Shown: positions 1 to 8,051 of the stretch, one piece after another | Position numbering within the stretch: the first letter of the stretch is position 1 | Layout: each line of letters starts with the position of its first letter | Source of the DNA: Deinococcales bacterium | GTDB taxonomy: Bacteria > Deinococcota > Deinococci > Deinococcales > JAAFIG01 | Length of the DNA: 27,694 nt | Direction of reading: 5' to 3' | NCBI GenBank assembly: GCA_031414595.1 | Contig: JANNVX010000101.1 | Location: forward strand, 1-27,694 | Program-made: the position numbers and the translations under genes | The notes under the pieces: model-generated | What the model saw: the letters and a program-made list of their open reading frames with translations, nothing else | What the model was told of the DNA's origin: nothing | Databases searched by the model: none

Positions 1-1490
1 ATTGAAACAACCATGCCCGTGATGCCCTTGAGTTCCCCTTGGCTGTCTCGAGACGCGTACTCTGCGAAGAGATTGAAACATGGGTTTACCCCGTCGCCCA
101 TCCAGTGGCTTAGGTGTCTCGAGACGCGTACTCTGCGAAGAGATTGAAACTTCTTCCGCGCAATAGGCTTCTCAGCAACCACTGTAGCGTCTCGAGACGC
201 GTACTCTGCGAAGAGATTGAAACGAGCCAAATTCGATCCGCACACCTTTAACAATCGTCTCGAGACGCGTACTCTGCGAAGAGATTGAAACGCTTTGCTG
301 ATGCTGTCCTCACGTTGCCGACGAGTCCGTCTCGAGACGCGTACTCTGCGAAGAGATTGAAACTTCGGCAATTGATTTTCCGTACAGATGTTTTGCCATG
401 TCTCGAGACGCGTACTCTGCGAAGAGATTGAAACCTCTGACGGTGTTGCGGTTGTGTCAATTTCGATCATGTCTCGAGACGCGTACTCTGCGAAGAGATT
501 GAAACTAACAAAGTCGTCACCGACGATTTTGGACCAGAAATTGGTCTCGAGACGCGTACTCTGCGAAGAGATTGAAACCTGCTCTTTCGTTTTCTGGATT
601 TCCGGCGTGTCCTTTGTCTCGAGACGCGTACTCTGCGAAGAGATTGAAACATCAAGAATCAGCGTTCCGAAACCTGATTCGTTTTGTCTCGAGACGCGTA
701 CTCTGCGAAGAGATTGAAACGTGCTGGCACCGTCAGGGTGCTGAACTCTGCAAAGGTCTCGAGACGCGTACTCTGCGAAGAGATTGAAACCGCCGTTCTT
801 TTTCTACCGTAATCAATGAAGCAGGGTGTCTCGAGACGCGTACTCTGCGAAGAGATTGAAACTGCCTCGGTCAGTCCCGCCAAACAACTCTTACGTTGTG
901 TCTCGAGACGCGTACTCTGCGAAGAGATTGAAACAAACGTATCCAACTTACGACGTGTAGCACGTATGTCTGTCTCGAGACGCGTACTCTGCGAAGAGAT
1001 TGAAACACGGTGGCTATAGGTTTCCGTTGCAATTCCTACAAGTCTCGAGACGCGTACTCTGCGAAGAGATTGAAACTCGCGGCTTTCAAGTTGGCGCAGG
1101 GTCTCGGCTTCTTCGTCTCGAGACGCGTACTCTGCGAAGAGATTGAAACACCCATTAGCTGGAAGCTTGCATCACAATTTTGCTTAGTCTCGAGACGCGT
1201 ACTCTGCGAAGAGATTGAAACCCCACCAATAGAAGCCCTCGCCACGGCTGATGGATTGGTCTCGAGACGCGTACTCTGCGAAGAGATTGAAACGGTGTCG
1301 TTCGTCTGAACCAGCGTCAAACCAGATGTGTCTCGAGACGCGTACTCTGCGAAGAGATTGAAACCTCGCTCATTATCGTCCAAGCGGCGCTTTTCTTTTT
1401 GTCTCGAGACGCGTACTCTGCGAAGAGATTGAAACTTTCTATCTTCTACGACAACTTGAGTCTCATAGACCGTCTCGAGACGCGTACTCT
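1..1490 (+). CRISPR. CRISPR array (trailer part; continues off the left edge). Repeat GTCTCGAGACGCGTACTCTGCGAAGAGATTGAAAC (35 bp)
   Basis: Partial repeat at 1-8, then 20 identical full repeats starting at 45, 116, 189, 257, 329, 400, 471, 544, 616, 686, 756, 828, 900, 972, 1042, 1115, 1187, 1259, 1330 and 1401, and a truncated 19-nt terminal repeat at 1472-1490. The 21 spacers are 33-38 bp. A CTCT-GCGA-AGAG hairpin followed by an 8-nt ATTGAAAC tag gives + orientation. Confidence 0.99.
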
Positions 1491-1622
1491 TTTCAATCCG
1501 CCTATTTTAGCATAAGGATTTTCATGCAATGGGGCGAATTAGTACAAGGATAAGAAGTTTTGAAGGTTATATTCATCAAACAAAGCCCGTGCAACTTCAG
1601 GTGGTTCAAGAATAGCTATTAT

Positions 1623-1715
1623 GTCTCGAGACGCGTACTCTGCGAAGAGATTGAAATCCATAAATCACGGTCACGCTTTTTTCGTTTAACTGCCATCTCG
1701 AGATGCGTTCTCTGC
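1623..1715 (+). CRISPR. Separate mini-array: near-perfect repeat, one 37-bp spacer, degenerate truncated repeat
   Basis: Repeat at 1623-1657 (last base C>T). Spacer 1658-1694 is CCATAAATCACGGTCACGCTTTTTTCGTTTAACTGCC. ATCTCGAGATGCGTTCTCTGC at 1695-1715 matches 18 of the first 21 repeat bases. It is separated from the main array by 132 bp of non-repeat, leader-like sequence. Confidence 0.9.
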
Positions 1716-1737
1716 TTTTGCACGGTAAACTACTTCT

Positions 1738-2535
1738 ATGCCTTTACATAGCCTTATCGAACTCGAGTTGTTGCGTTTGCCTGACCAACGCGTGTTGTTG
1801 CACTCTGCTATTCATGGTTTGATTCACCAAATTCTTACCATTGTTCCGCTTGAGTCAGACCAAGATGTTCCTGCTGCAACGCGTTTGCATGAGCAGCAGC
1901 GTCAAGCTGTGAGCTTAAGGGGTTTTGAATTGGATGGGTTTGTTCTGCGTTTAGAAGTGGTTACTCTTTCTGATGATTTGGCAATGGCGGTACGTGTTGC
2001 TTTTCAAGCTCCGAATCAATTTGGGCAAAGTCATGATGTGTTGCGTGGTTTTGTACTTTCTGCGTCGCATTCTTATTTTTCTTTAACTGACATTGTTGAT
2101 AAAATTTATTCTCAAACGCAAGCTTCGTTTTTGCGCCTCGAGTTTCTAAGCCCTACGGCTTTCACGCATAAACGTGGTACTTGGGCGAGTCCGCATCCTT
2201 CGTTGTTGTTTGATAGTTTGTTGGCGCGTTGGCTTGATTTTGGTGGTGCGGATTTGGTGGTTAATCTTCAAGCGATTGTTAAGGCAGTTCCACTGATTCA
2301 ATCCAGTATGACCAGTATTGGCTCGAGTCAAATGCACTCGTTTGAAGGGCAATTGGATTTGGAATTGGCTGGTTCGGATCAGGATAGGTGGGTTTTGACT
2401 ACTTTGGTTGCTTTTGGGTGTCTTGCCAATGTTGGTCGTCGAGTGGCGTATGGTTGTGGTGCAATGAGGTCAAATGCTCGGTCTGTGCGGTCAGAGTTTT
2501 TCTTAGAGCCAAGGACTTTGGTTAAATCATCATAG
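1738..2535 (+). CDS. cas6: CRISPR-associated endoribonuclease Cas6
   Basis: LRLEFLSPTAF...PHPSLLFDSLLARW core and C-terminal Gly-rich loop (NVGRRVAYGCG) typical of Cas6; adjacent to the arrays. Confidence 0.9.
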   Translation: MPLHSLIELELLRLPDQRVLLHSAIHGLIHQILTIVPLESDQDVPAATRLHEQQRQAVSLRGFELDGFVLRLEVVTLSDDLAMAVRVAFQAPNQFGQSHDVLRGFVLSASHSYFSLTDIVDKIYSQTQASFLRLEFLSPTAFTHKRGTWASPHPSLLFDSLLARWLDFGGADLVVNLQAIVKAVPLIQSSMTSIGSSQMHSFEGQLDLELAGSDQDRWVLTTLVAFGCLANVGRRVAYGCGAMRSNARSVRSEFFLEPRTLVKSS

Positions 2536-2583
2536 GTGGAGTGAATCGAGTCCACTTGCTGTTTGATAATTTAGCGATTGTAA

Positions 2584-2862
2584 TTATGATTGAGAGTTGC
2601 CTTCTAGCCCAAGAAGCCAATCTGAACTCACTTTAAACACCCTAGCAAAAGCAGCAATTTCGTAGTCTGAAACACCACGGAGTCCAGATTCAATCTTGCC
2701 TATTGTACCAATACTGATTGATAGCAATGCTGTTTCTTCTAAAATCTGGCTTAATTTTTCTTGGGTCATTGGAGGTTGGTGGTCGTGTCGGGCTTGAGCT
2801 AGTCGTTGACTAATAATGTTTCGTTTTCCGTTTTTGTGCTGTAAACCCCTAATGCGAATCAT
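2584..2862 (-). CDS. Xre/Cro-family helix-turn-helix transcriptional regulator
   Basis: RLAQAR...MTQEKLSQ...ISIGTIGKIESGLR.VSDYEI...ARVFKVSSDWLLG matches the HTH_3 pattern. Confidence 0.88.
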   Translation of the reverse strand: MIRIRGLQHKNGKRNIISQRLAQARHDHQPPMTQEKLSQILEETALLSISIGTIGKIESGLRGVSDYEIAAFARVFKVSSDWLLGLEGNSQS

Positions 2863-2895
2863 GGAGCGAACATAGTAGGTTACTCAAAAATACTC

Positions 2896-2912
2896 TACTC
2901 TTAATAAGAGTA
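2896..2912. promoter_or_regulatory. Palindromic operator candidate TACTCTTA-A-TAAGAGTA in the divergent HTH/tniB intergenic region
   Basis: Perfect 8-bp inverted repeat with a 1-bp spacer; extra TACTC half-sites at 2881 and 2891. Confidence 0.55.
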
Positions 2913-2957
2913 ATAGTTGTATACTTGCGAATGGTGCAAGAGTGTCAGAATATAAAA

Positions 2958-3917
2958 ATGGACAACCAACTTTCAACAACTTATTCCCACTTACGAATTA
3001 GTACAGAACATGTGCTGAATGTTTCTAACGCAGAAAAAAAGGCATACATCCTTGGTGGTTTTTGGGTTCCTTATCCCCAAGCAGAATCTGGAATTCTCGA
3101 GCTAGAAAAGCTACTTCAACATCCTCAAATTGGCAGAGTTCCGGGAATGAGCTTAATTGCCCATACACACAATGGAAAAACCACTTTGATTGAGGAGTTC
3201 ATGCGCCGCAATCGACTTCCGGAAGCTGAAAAATGGGAAGGCTTGTATCGCCCGATTGTGTTTGTGAATGCTCCAAATACAGCAGATACACAAAAACTTT
3301 ATCGAAAAATCTTAGTGGCTTTAGGTGCAAAGTTCAATGAATCTGAACGCGAAGCAAAACTGCAATCCTTGGTCATGCACCATCTCGATGCGACTGAAAC
3401 TGTCATGCTTATTATTGATGAGTTTCACAATGCACTCGCAACTTCAGAAAAGAAGCTATCCGCCTACTTAAATGCGATTAAAGACTTTTGTGTTGAACTC
3501 CATATCCCAGTGGTTGTAGCTGGCAATGAAAAAGTACCAAATGCGCTCAGTGCTGTGGAAGAACTCGAGAATCGTCTTGAACCATTTGTATTACCAAATT
3601 GGACTGACCACGCTTCATTTCAAAAAGTCCTCAAGGGAATTGAAGAACGACTCCCCTTTCCTAAACCGTCAAATTTAAGCAATAAAGAAATTGCACAACA
3701 TATCTTTTTACGAACTGGTGGCTTAGAAGGTGGGGCGCTTTTAGGGGAAGTTATTCGTTTGATAAAAAAAGCCTGTTTGATTGCTTTAGAGAAGGATAAA
3801 TCACGCCTTGATCTCGAGATCATCAAAAACGTGATCCATGCTGCACCTGCTCAACGAGCGGCATCCGTGAGAACATCACTGCAAAAGAATTCTCAACGCT
3901 CATTGTTAAAAGAATAA
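2958..3917 (+). CDS. tniB: TniB-family (TnsC-like) AAA+ ATPase of Tn5053/Tn7-like transposons
   Basis: WVPYPQA...LEKLLQHP...RVP, Walker A AHTHNGKTT, Walker B LIIDEFH, ELHIPVVVAG, RLEPFVLPNW, LPFPKPSNL; tniQ follows directly. ATG at 2958 preferred over TTG at 2925. Confidence 0.9.
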   Translation: MDNQLSTTYSHLRISTEHVLNVSNAEKKAYILGGFWVPYPQAESGILELEKLLQHPQIGRVPGMSLIAHTHNGKTTLIEEFMRRNRLPEAEKWEGLYRPIVFVNAPNTADTQKLYRKILVALGAKFNESEREAKLQSLVMHHLDATETVMLIIDEFHNALATSEKKLSAYLNAIKDFCVELHIPVVVAGNEKVPNALSAVEELENRLEPFVLPNWTDHASFQKVLKGIEERLPFPKPSNLSNKEIAQHIFLRTGGLEGGALLGEVIRLIKKACLIALEKDKSRLDLEIIKNVIHAAPAQRAASVRTSLQKNSQRSLLKE

Positions 3918-3920
3918 CCA

Positions 3921-5153
3921 ATGGCTCGAGTATCAACGCGTCTGCCAATTTGTCCACCACCACAACAAGATGAACTTTTGTCATCTTGGCTGGTGCGATT
4001 ATCTCGAGCAAATTCAGAAAAACTCTCTACATTTACCAAACTTATCTTTGATGGTTCAACTTTTCATTCACAATTTACTCGAGAACCCCCAACGGCTGGG
4101 TTTTGGCTTCACGATTCGGATCGAAGTATCAACGCTAAACAAATTGAGGCTTTATCAAAAGCCACAGGTCAGTCGCCAATGCAACTCGAGCAATTAACAC
4201 TTTTAAGTCTTAAGGGACAGCTTGCACATAGTATTCCTCGCAATGGAAATGTACGGTGGCTACTTCATACTGGAACACATAACAGTAAAGGGACGCGAAA
4301 AGGGTTGCAATTCTGCCCAGCTTGTTTAGCTGAAGACTCTCAGCCATACTTTCGGCGGTCTTGGCGACTGGCATTTGTAACTGTTTGTTCAAAGCACAGG
4401 CTCTTGCTTTCCGATAGTTGTAGTCATTGTCAAAACCCTGTTCAGATGCGTTACATTGATCGCGGTAGCTCGCGCCGTGATGTTGGACAAAATTCAATCA
4501 TCCACTGTTACGCTTGTGGTGCAGACCTTCGTCAAAATCATCAGTTTAGTGCGACAAAAAGTAGTATCCCTCAAAGTCTTTTGCAAGTTACGCTGACTCA
4601 CAAGTTTAAGCGTTCAAAAAGTGATCACTGGTTTTCAAGTGCTGAGCGTTTACAAACATGGCTACTTGAAAGCATGGCAAAAGGTACAGTGAACCTAAGA
4701 GACTTAACTCTAACCGAAACACCAAAAACCACAAAAACCACTCAATATCGTAAAAGATTAGTGAATCAATGGGTTGACAGTCCCGACTTTTTTGCGGGAT
4801 TGTATTCATTGGTGCGACTGTTTCTAAAACCACCATTGCGTTATCAGAAAAAGCGGTATCGGGCAGGAAAAACTGGACATTTACGAACCATGTGGCGACG
4901 AGGATTAACACATGCTGTCCGCCAATCCACTCGAACACCCTTTTTGGAATGCTGGCAAAATACCGAACGTTCCATGTTCGAGCATCTTTGCGTATCAGAT
5001 AGGTTTCACATGATGGTCATGCTTGCTTATGTATTAAGGCATTTCCCAAAGCGATTAAATACACTGTGTAGGACGTATGATGTGACCGCGTCACGCCTAC
5101 AGTTTGAAGGTGATCAGGCGATACCAGACTGGTTGGTTTCAGCATTACTTTGA
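3921..5153 (+). CDS. tniQ: TniQ/TnsD-family target-selector protein
   Basis: N-terminal LPICPPPQQDELLSSWLVRL and zinc-finger motifs QFCPACLAEDSQPYFRRSWRLAFVTVCSKH...DSCSHC...HCYACG; 410 aa with a C-terminal extension. Confidence 0.92.
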   Translation: MARVSTRLPICPPPQQDELLSSWLVRLSRANSEKLSTFTKLIFDGSTFHSQFTREPPTAGFWLHDSDRSINAKQIEALSKATGQSPMQLEQLTLLSLKGQLAHSIPRNGNVRWLLHTGTHNSKGTRKGLQFCPACLAEDSQPYFRRSWRLAFVTVCSKHRLLLSDSCSHCQNPVQMRYIDRGSSRRDVGQNSIIHCYACGADLRQNHQFSATKSSIPQSLLQVTLTHKFKRSKSDHWFSSAERLQTWLLESMAKGTVNLRDLTLTETPKTTKTTQYRKRLVNQWVDSPDFFAGLYSLVRLFLKPPLRYQKKRYRAGKTGHLRTMWRRGLTHAVRQSTRTPFLECWQNTERSMFEHLCVSDRFHMMVMLAYVLRHFPKRLNTLCRTYDVTASRLQFEGDQAIPDWLVSALL

Positions 5154-6841
5154 GCGTCACTGTTGGATTGAAACGGTAATTTCAATACTCGAGCCAGAAT
5201 TTTCGCATAGTGGTTTTTAGAGTGCAGAATTGCATAAACAGAATTCTTATCAGGAGGAACAAACCATTTTCCGTGAATGCTAAAATTTCGTAGGTACGGG
5301 TTTAGGACACGTTGCGGATTTACAATCCGCTTATCAGAAACCAGAATCAGTGCCCGAAAAGCCCGAGTCGTTCTAAACACTTCCACGAGATACGCAAAAT
5401 GATTACCATTATTGACATATTGAATTTCGGCAACAAACACGGCTCGCTGAAAACGCACTTTATTCGTATTTGTTGTACTATAGAGTCCGCTCTGGTCGGG
5501 AAAACCGCTATGGTTTTTTGAGTTTTTACCATTAATGATGATTTCTCCCCAAGAAAATAAAAATTCTTCCACTAAGGATTCATTTAATTGATTTAGGGCG
5601 GCAGTTGCAACCGAAAAAACTTCTATTGAGTCGGTCAGGGGCTGTACCTCGCGTTCTTGGGTCTGGTCAATATTGTCTTCATCTAGTACGAATTTTGATC
5701 CAGACACACCTTGGTTCTTGCGTCCGTGAAAATCTAGTGAGTATTCGTCGGTTTTAAGTTTACTATTGATTTTAGGAAAACGATAGCGATATTTGTTCGT
5801 CTTCTCTATTTTCGGAGTATCAACAACAAACGCTGAAAACCTAGATCGAACCCCCGAAAAAATTCTTGTACGTTTTGTTATATTCTGAGGTTTTGTCGTG
5901 ATTAGGGATTCAACGGATGTGTCAGATTTTCCATAACTAAATCGTTCAGAATCCATGTTCGTCTCATCTGAATCATCAGACTGATACTCAATTTGTCGAA
6001 CAGAAGTAAAAGGAAACGAATGTGAACAGCAAAAAATTTGATTGATGATATAGGCGGGTTTCCCATGGTCGGTTTGGAATTGATTTCCAATAACTTTGAG
6101 TAGGGTTTTATCTAAAAAAGGAAACGTAAATTCTGGGACTATATAATGCCGCTCTTTTCGAGCTAATTGAATCCTCCGTAACATTGTCTGTAGCGATGCA
6201 AGTGCATCGCTACTTGTTGCCAATCGTGCGATAACTGCAAGGTCATGTTTATCAAATTCTGACTTCAAAGCAATTTCGTAAATAGAACCATCCCAATTAG
6301 ATTTATCGGGGCAGCGAAAAACATCTAAATCCTTTTCTTGTTTGATTTTACCTTGCAATAAAATATGTGCTAAACTTGTTGTTCTAAACAAATAGAAAGC
6401 TGTTCCGACAAAGTGTGGCAAGATTACTAATTGGTTCTCTTGCTCGAAGACTAAATCTGTAATTGATTCACCCCATTGATTCTTGACTCGAAAAAATGGA
6501 GCATTTTCAAAAAAAAGTCTATCCTTTGCCAGCACGGATTCATGAAAAGGAATTCCGTTGCTAGGGTCTAAAATAATTTTTGTACACTTTTTCCGCTCGT
6601 GGAAAACCCGACCCTCTTTGATGCTACCTCCAGGGTGCAGTATTGGCAGTAAGCCAACTGAGGTACAAATACCATGTAACTTGTTAGACTCCATATTTTC
6701 GAGCAATAAACGTGTTTGATTGTGATCGGATGTTTGTGAATTACCTAAAAGCCGAAGATGTCCAAGAATCCTATAGTTACCTCTGGGTAGAAATCCAATT
6801 CGGAACAAATTTGATAACTTCGGCACAGGGCAGTTTATCAT
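5114..6841 (-). CDS. Hypothetical protein, TnsE-like (Tn7-associated)
   Basis: ~575 aa, AT-rich. The segment VILP..VGTAFYLF.TTSL...IARL...FTFPFLDKTLLKVIG...YIINQIFCCSHSFPF resembles TnsE-like proteins that I recall next to tniQ. Size is similar to TnsE. The family call is by eye only. Its 3' end overlaps tniQ by 40 bp. Confidence 0.5.
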   Translation of the reverse strand: MINCPVPKLSNLFRIGFLPRGNYRILGHLRLLGNSQTSDHNQTRLLLENMESNKLHGICTSVGLLPILHPGGSIKEGRVFHERKKCTKIILDPSNGIPFHESVLAKDRLFFENAPFFRVKNQWGESITDLVFEQENQLVILPHFVGTAFYLFRTTSLAHILLQGKIKQEKDLDVFRCPDKSNWDGSIYEIALKSEFDKHDLAVIARLATSSDALASLQTMLRRIQLARKERHYIVPEFTFPFLDKTLLKVIGNQFQTDHGKPAYIINQIFCCSHSFPFTSVRQIEYQSDDSDETNMDSERFSYGKSDTSVESLITTKPQNITKRTRIFSGVRSRFSAFVVDTPKIEKTNKYRYRFPKINSKLKTDEYSLDFHGRKNQGVSGSKFVLDEDNIDQTQEREVQPLTDSIEVFSVATAALNQLNESLVEEFLFSWGEIIINGKNSKNHSGFPDQSGLYSTTNTNKVRFQRAVFVAEIQYVNNGNHFAYLVEVFRTTRAFRALILVSDKRIVNPQRVLNPYLRNFSIHGKWFVPPDKNSVYAILHSKNHYAKILARVLKLPFQSNSDAQSNAETNQSGIA

Positions 6842-6842
6842 C

Positions 6843-6889
6843 TTTCGCAAAATTAGCTATAGTTTTCGCAAAATTAGCTATAGTTTACA
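6843..6889 (-). repeat. Tandem perfect 21-bp direct repeat (TTTCGCAAAATTAGCTATAGT x2) followed by TTACA; candidate transposon end
   Basis: Units at 6843-6863 and 6864-6884. The minus strand reads TGTAAACTATAGCTAATTTTGCGAAAACTATAGCTAATTTTGCGAAA. The repeat is certain; the transposon-end interpretation is inference. Confidence 0.7.
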
Positions 6890-8051
6890 AATCTGCCCGA
6901 AGAATTAAGGACTTTAAGTACAAGGATTCTGGAATCTGCAAGACCCAAGGATGGTCGGCGGGTTGGTAGGTCACATCCAAAACCTCGAGTTTACGCCCCG
7001 CATCCGAACCCGCCATCCGACAAGCCTCGAGCAAATCATCGGTTTTGATATGAAAGGCACAGGTACTGACCAACAAAATTCCGTTTGGTTCAAGCATCCG
7101 CAGAACGTTTTTGGTGGCAATGGTAAAAATGCGTTTAGCTGCCAAGACTTCTTCTTTGCGTTTGGCTAAGGTTGGCGGGTCAATAATCGCATGGGTAAAA
7201 CGTTTCTTCTCGAGAACAAGCTGGTCAAGTACCTCCAAAGCATCGCCGAGCCGTACCGAAATACGTTTCTCTAGACCGTTTTTTTGCGCCGAACGCTCCA
7301 AGGCTTGCAGGGCAATCGCGTCCTTATCCACGGCTAAAGCGGTTGCCCCAGCTTTAGCGGCATACAAACTAAAACCACCAGTATAGGAATAACAATCCAG
7401 CACGCGGCTGCTCGAGTCAACCATGCTTGCCAGTCGCCGCCGATTATCACGCTGGTCGAGATAAAAACCAGTCTTTTGCGCCTCAAAGGGCTTAAATTCA
7501 AATTGAACTTCGTCTTCAGAAAAACGCACCGTTTCGGGAACATCACCCCACAAAATACCGACCTGTGGCTGCAAGCCTTCCTTGTTGCGCTCTGAAGTGT
7601 CGGAGCGTTCAAAAGCACTGCTGGTGGCACATTCTTCTTTCAAGGCTTTGATAATAAAATCACGGTGCATTTCTAAACCCGCATTACGAATCTGGACTGC
7701 CAGCACATTATCGAATTTATCAACGATTAAACCAGGAATGCCATCGGCTTCAGCATTCAAAATTCGCATTGCGTTGGTTGTCCCCAACAATTGGCGTTTA
7801 CCAAGTGCCAAACGAATCAGCTTTCGGTAAAAATCGGTGTCTATTTTGCCCCTCGCTAAACTGATGACCCGCCCGGGAATACTGGCTTTGGCATTGTAAA
7901 AAGCCTGTCCGACAAACGCACCATTGGCATCACGCACCTCGAGCAACGCCCCAGCCACATGTTTGCCACTAACGCTGGCAATATCGTCCTTAAAAATCCA
8001 TGGATGAAAATTTCTGACACGGCGATCACGGTTTTGTTTTAACTCAATCAT
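6885..8051 (-). CDS. SAM-dependent 23S rRNA m5C methyltransferase, RlmI-like family
   Basis: PUA-domain HPWIF, EADGIPGLIVDKF, QKTGFYLDQRDNR, VLDCYSYTGGFS, IIDPP motifs. Confidence 0.9.
   Translation of the reverse strand: MIELKQNRDRRVRNFHPWIFKDDIASVSGKHVAGALLEVRDANGAFVGQAFYNAKASIPGRVISLARGKIDTDFYRKLIRLALGKRQLLGTTNAMRILNAEADGIPGLIVDKFDNVLAVQIRNAGLEMHRDFIIKALKEECATSSAFERSDTSERNKEGLQPQVGILWGDVPETVRFSEDEVQFEFKPFEAQKTGFYLDQRDNRRRLASMVDSSSRVLDCYSYTGGFSLYAAKAGATALAVDKDAIALQALERSAQKNGLEKRISVRLGDALEVLDQLVLEKKRFTHAIIDPPTLAKRKEEVLAAKRIFTIATKNVLRMLEPNGILLVSTCAFHIKTDDLLEACRMAGSDAGRKLEVLDVTYQPADHPWVLQIPESLYLKSLILRADL

Noticed and set aside
1541-1551. AGTACAAGGAT shared between the inter-array region and the methyltransferase 3' end (6917-6927), as a possible truncated homing spacer
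   Set aside because: Only 11 bp, not preceded by a repeat-derived handle, and found post hoc; cannot be distinguished from chance without homolog conservation.
1658-1694. Partial matches of the mini-array spacer within the window (AAATCACGGT near 7657; gapped similarity near 8026-8044; GGCAGTTAAAC near 10354)
   Set aside because: 10-11-bp or gapped matches are expected by chance in 27 kb, and none lies at a plausible distance from the candidate end.
248-1751. ORFs in the track overlapping the CRISPR arrays (repeated VSRRVLCEEIET / SRDAYSAKRLK)
   Set aside because: Translation artefacts of the repeat, which has no stop codons in several frames.
2554-2580. TGTTTGATAATTTAGCGA between cas6 and the HTH gene as a left transposon end
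   Set aside because: Single degenerate copy of the motif, TGT spacing differs from the right end, and no AATCT duplication.
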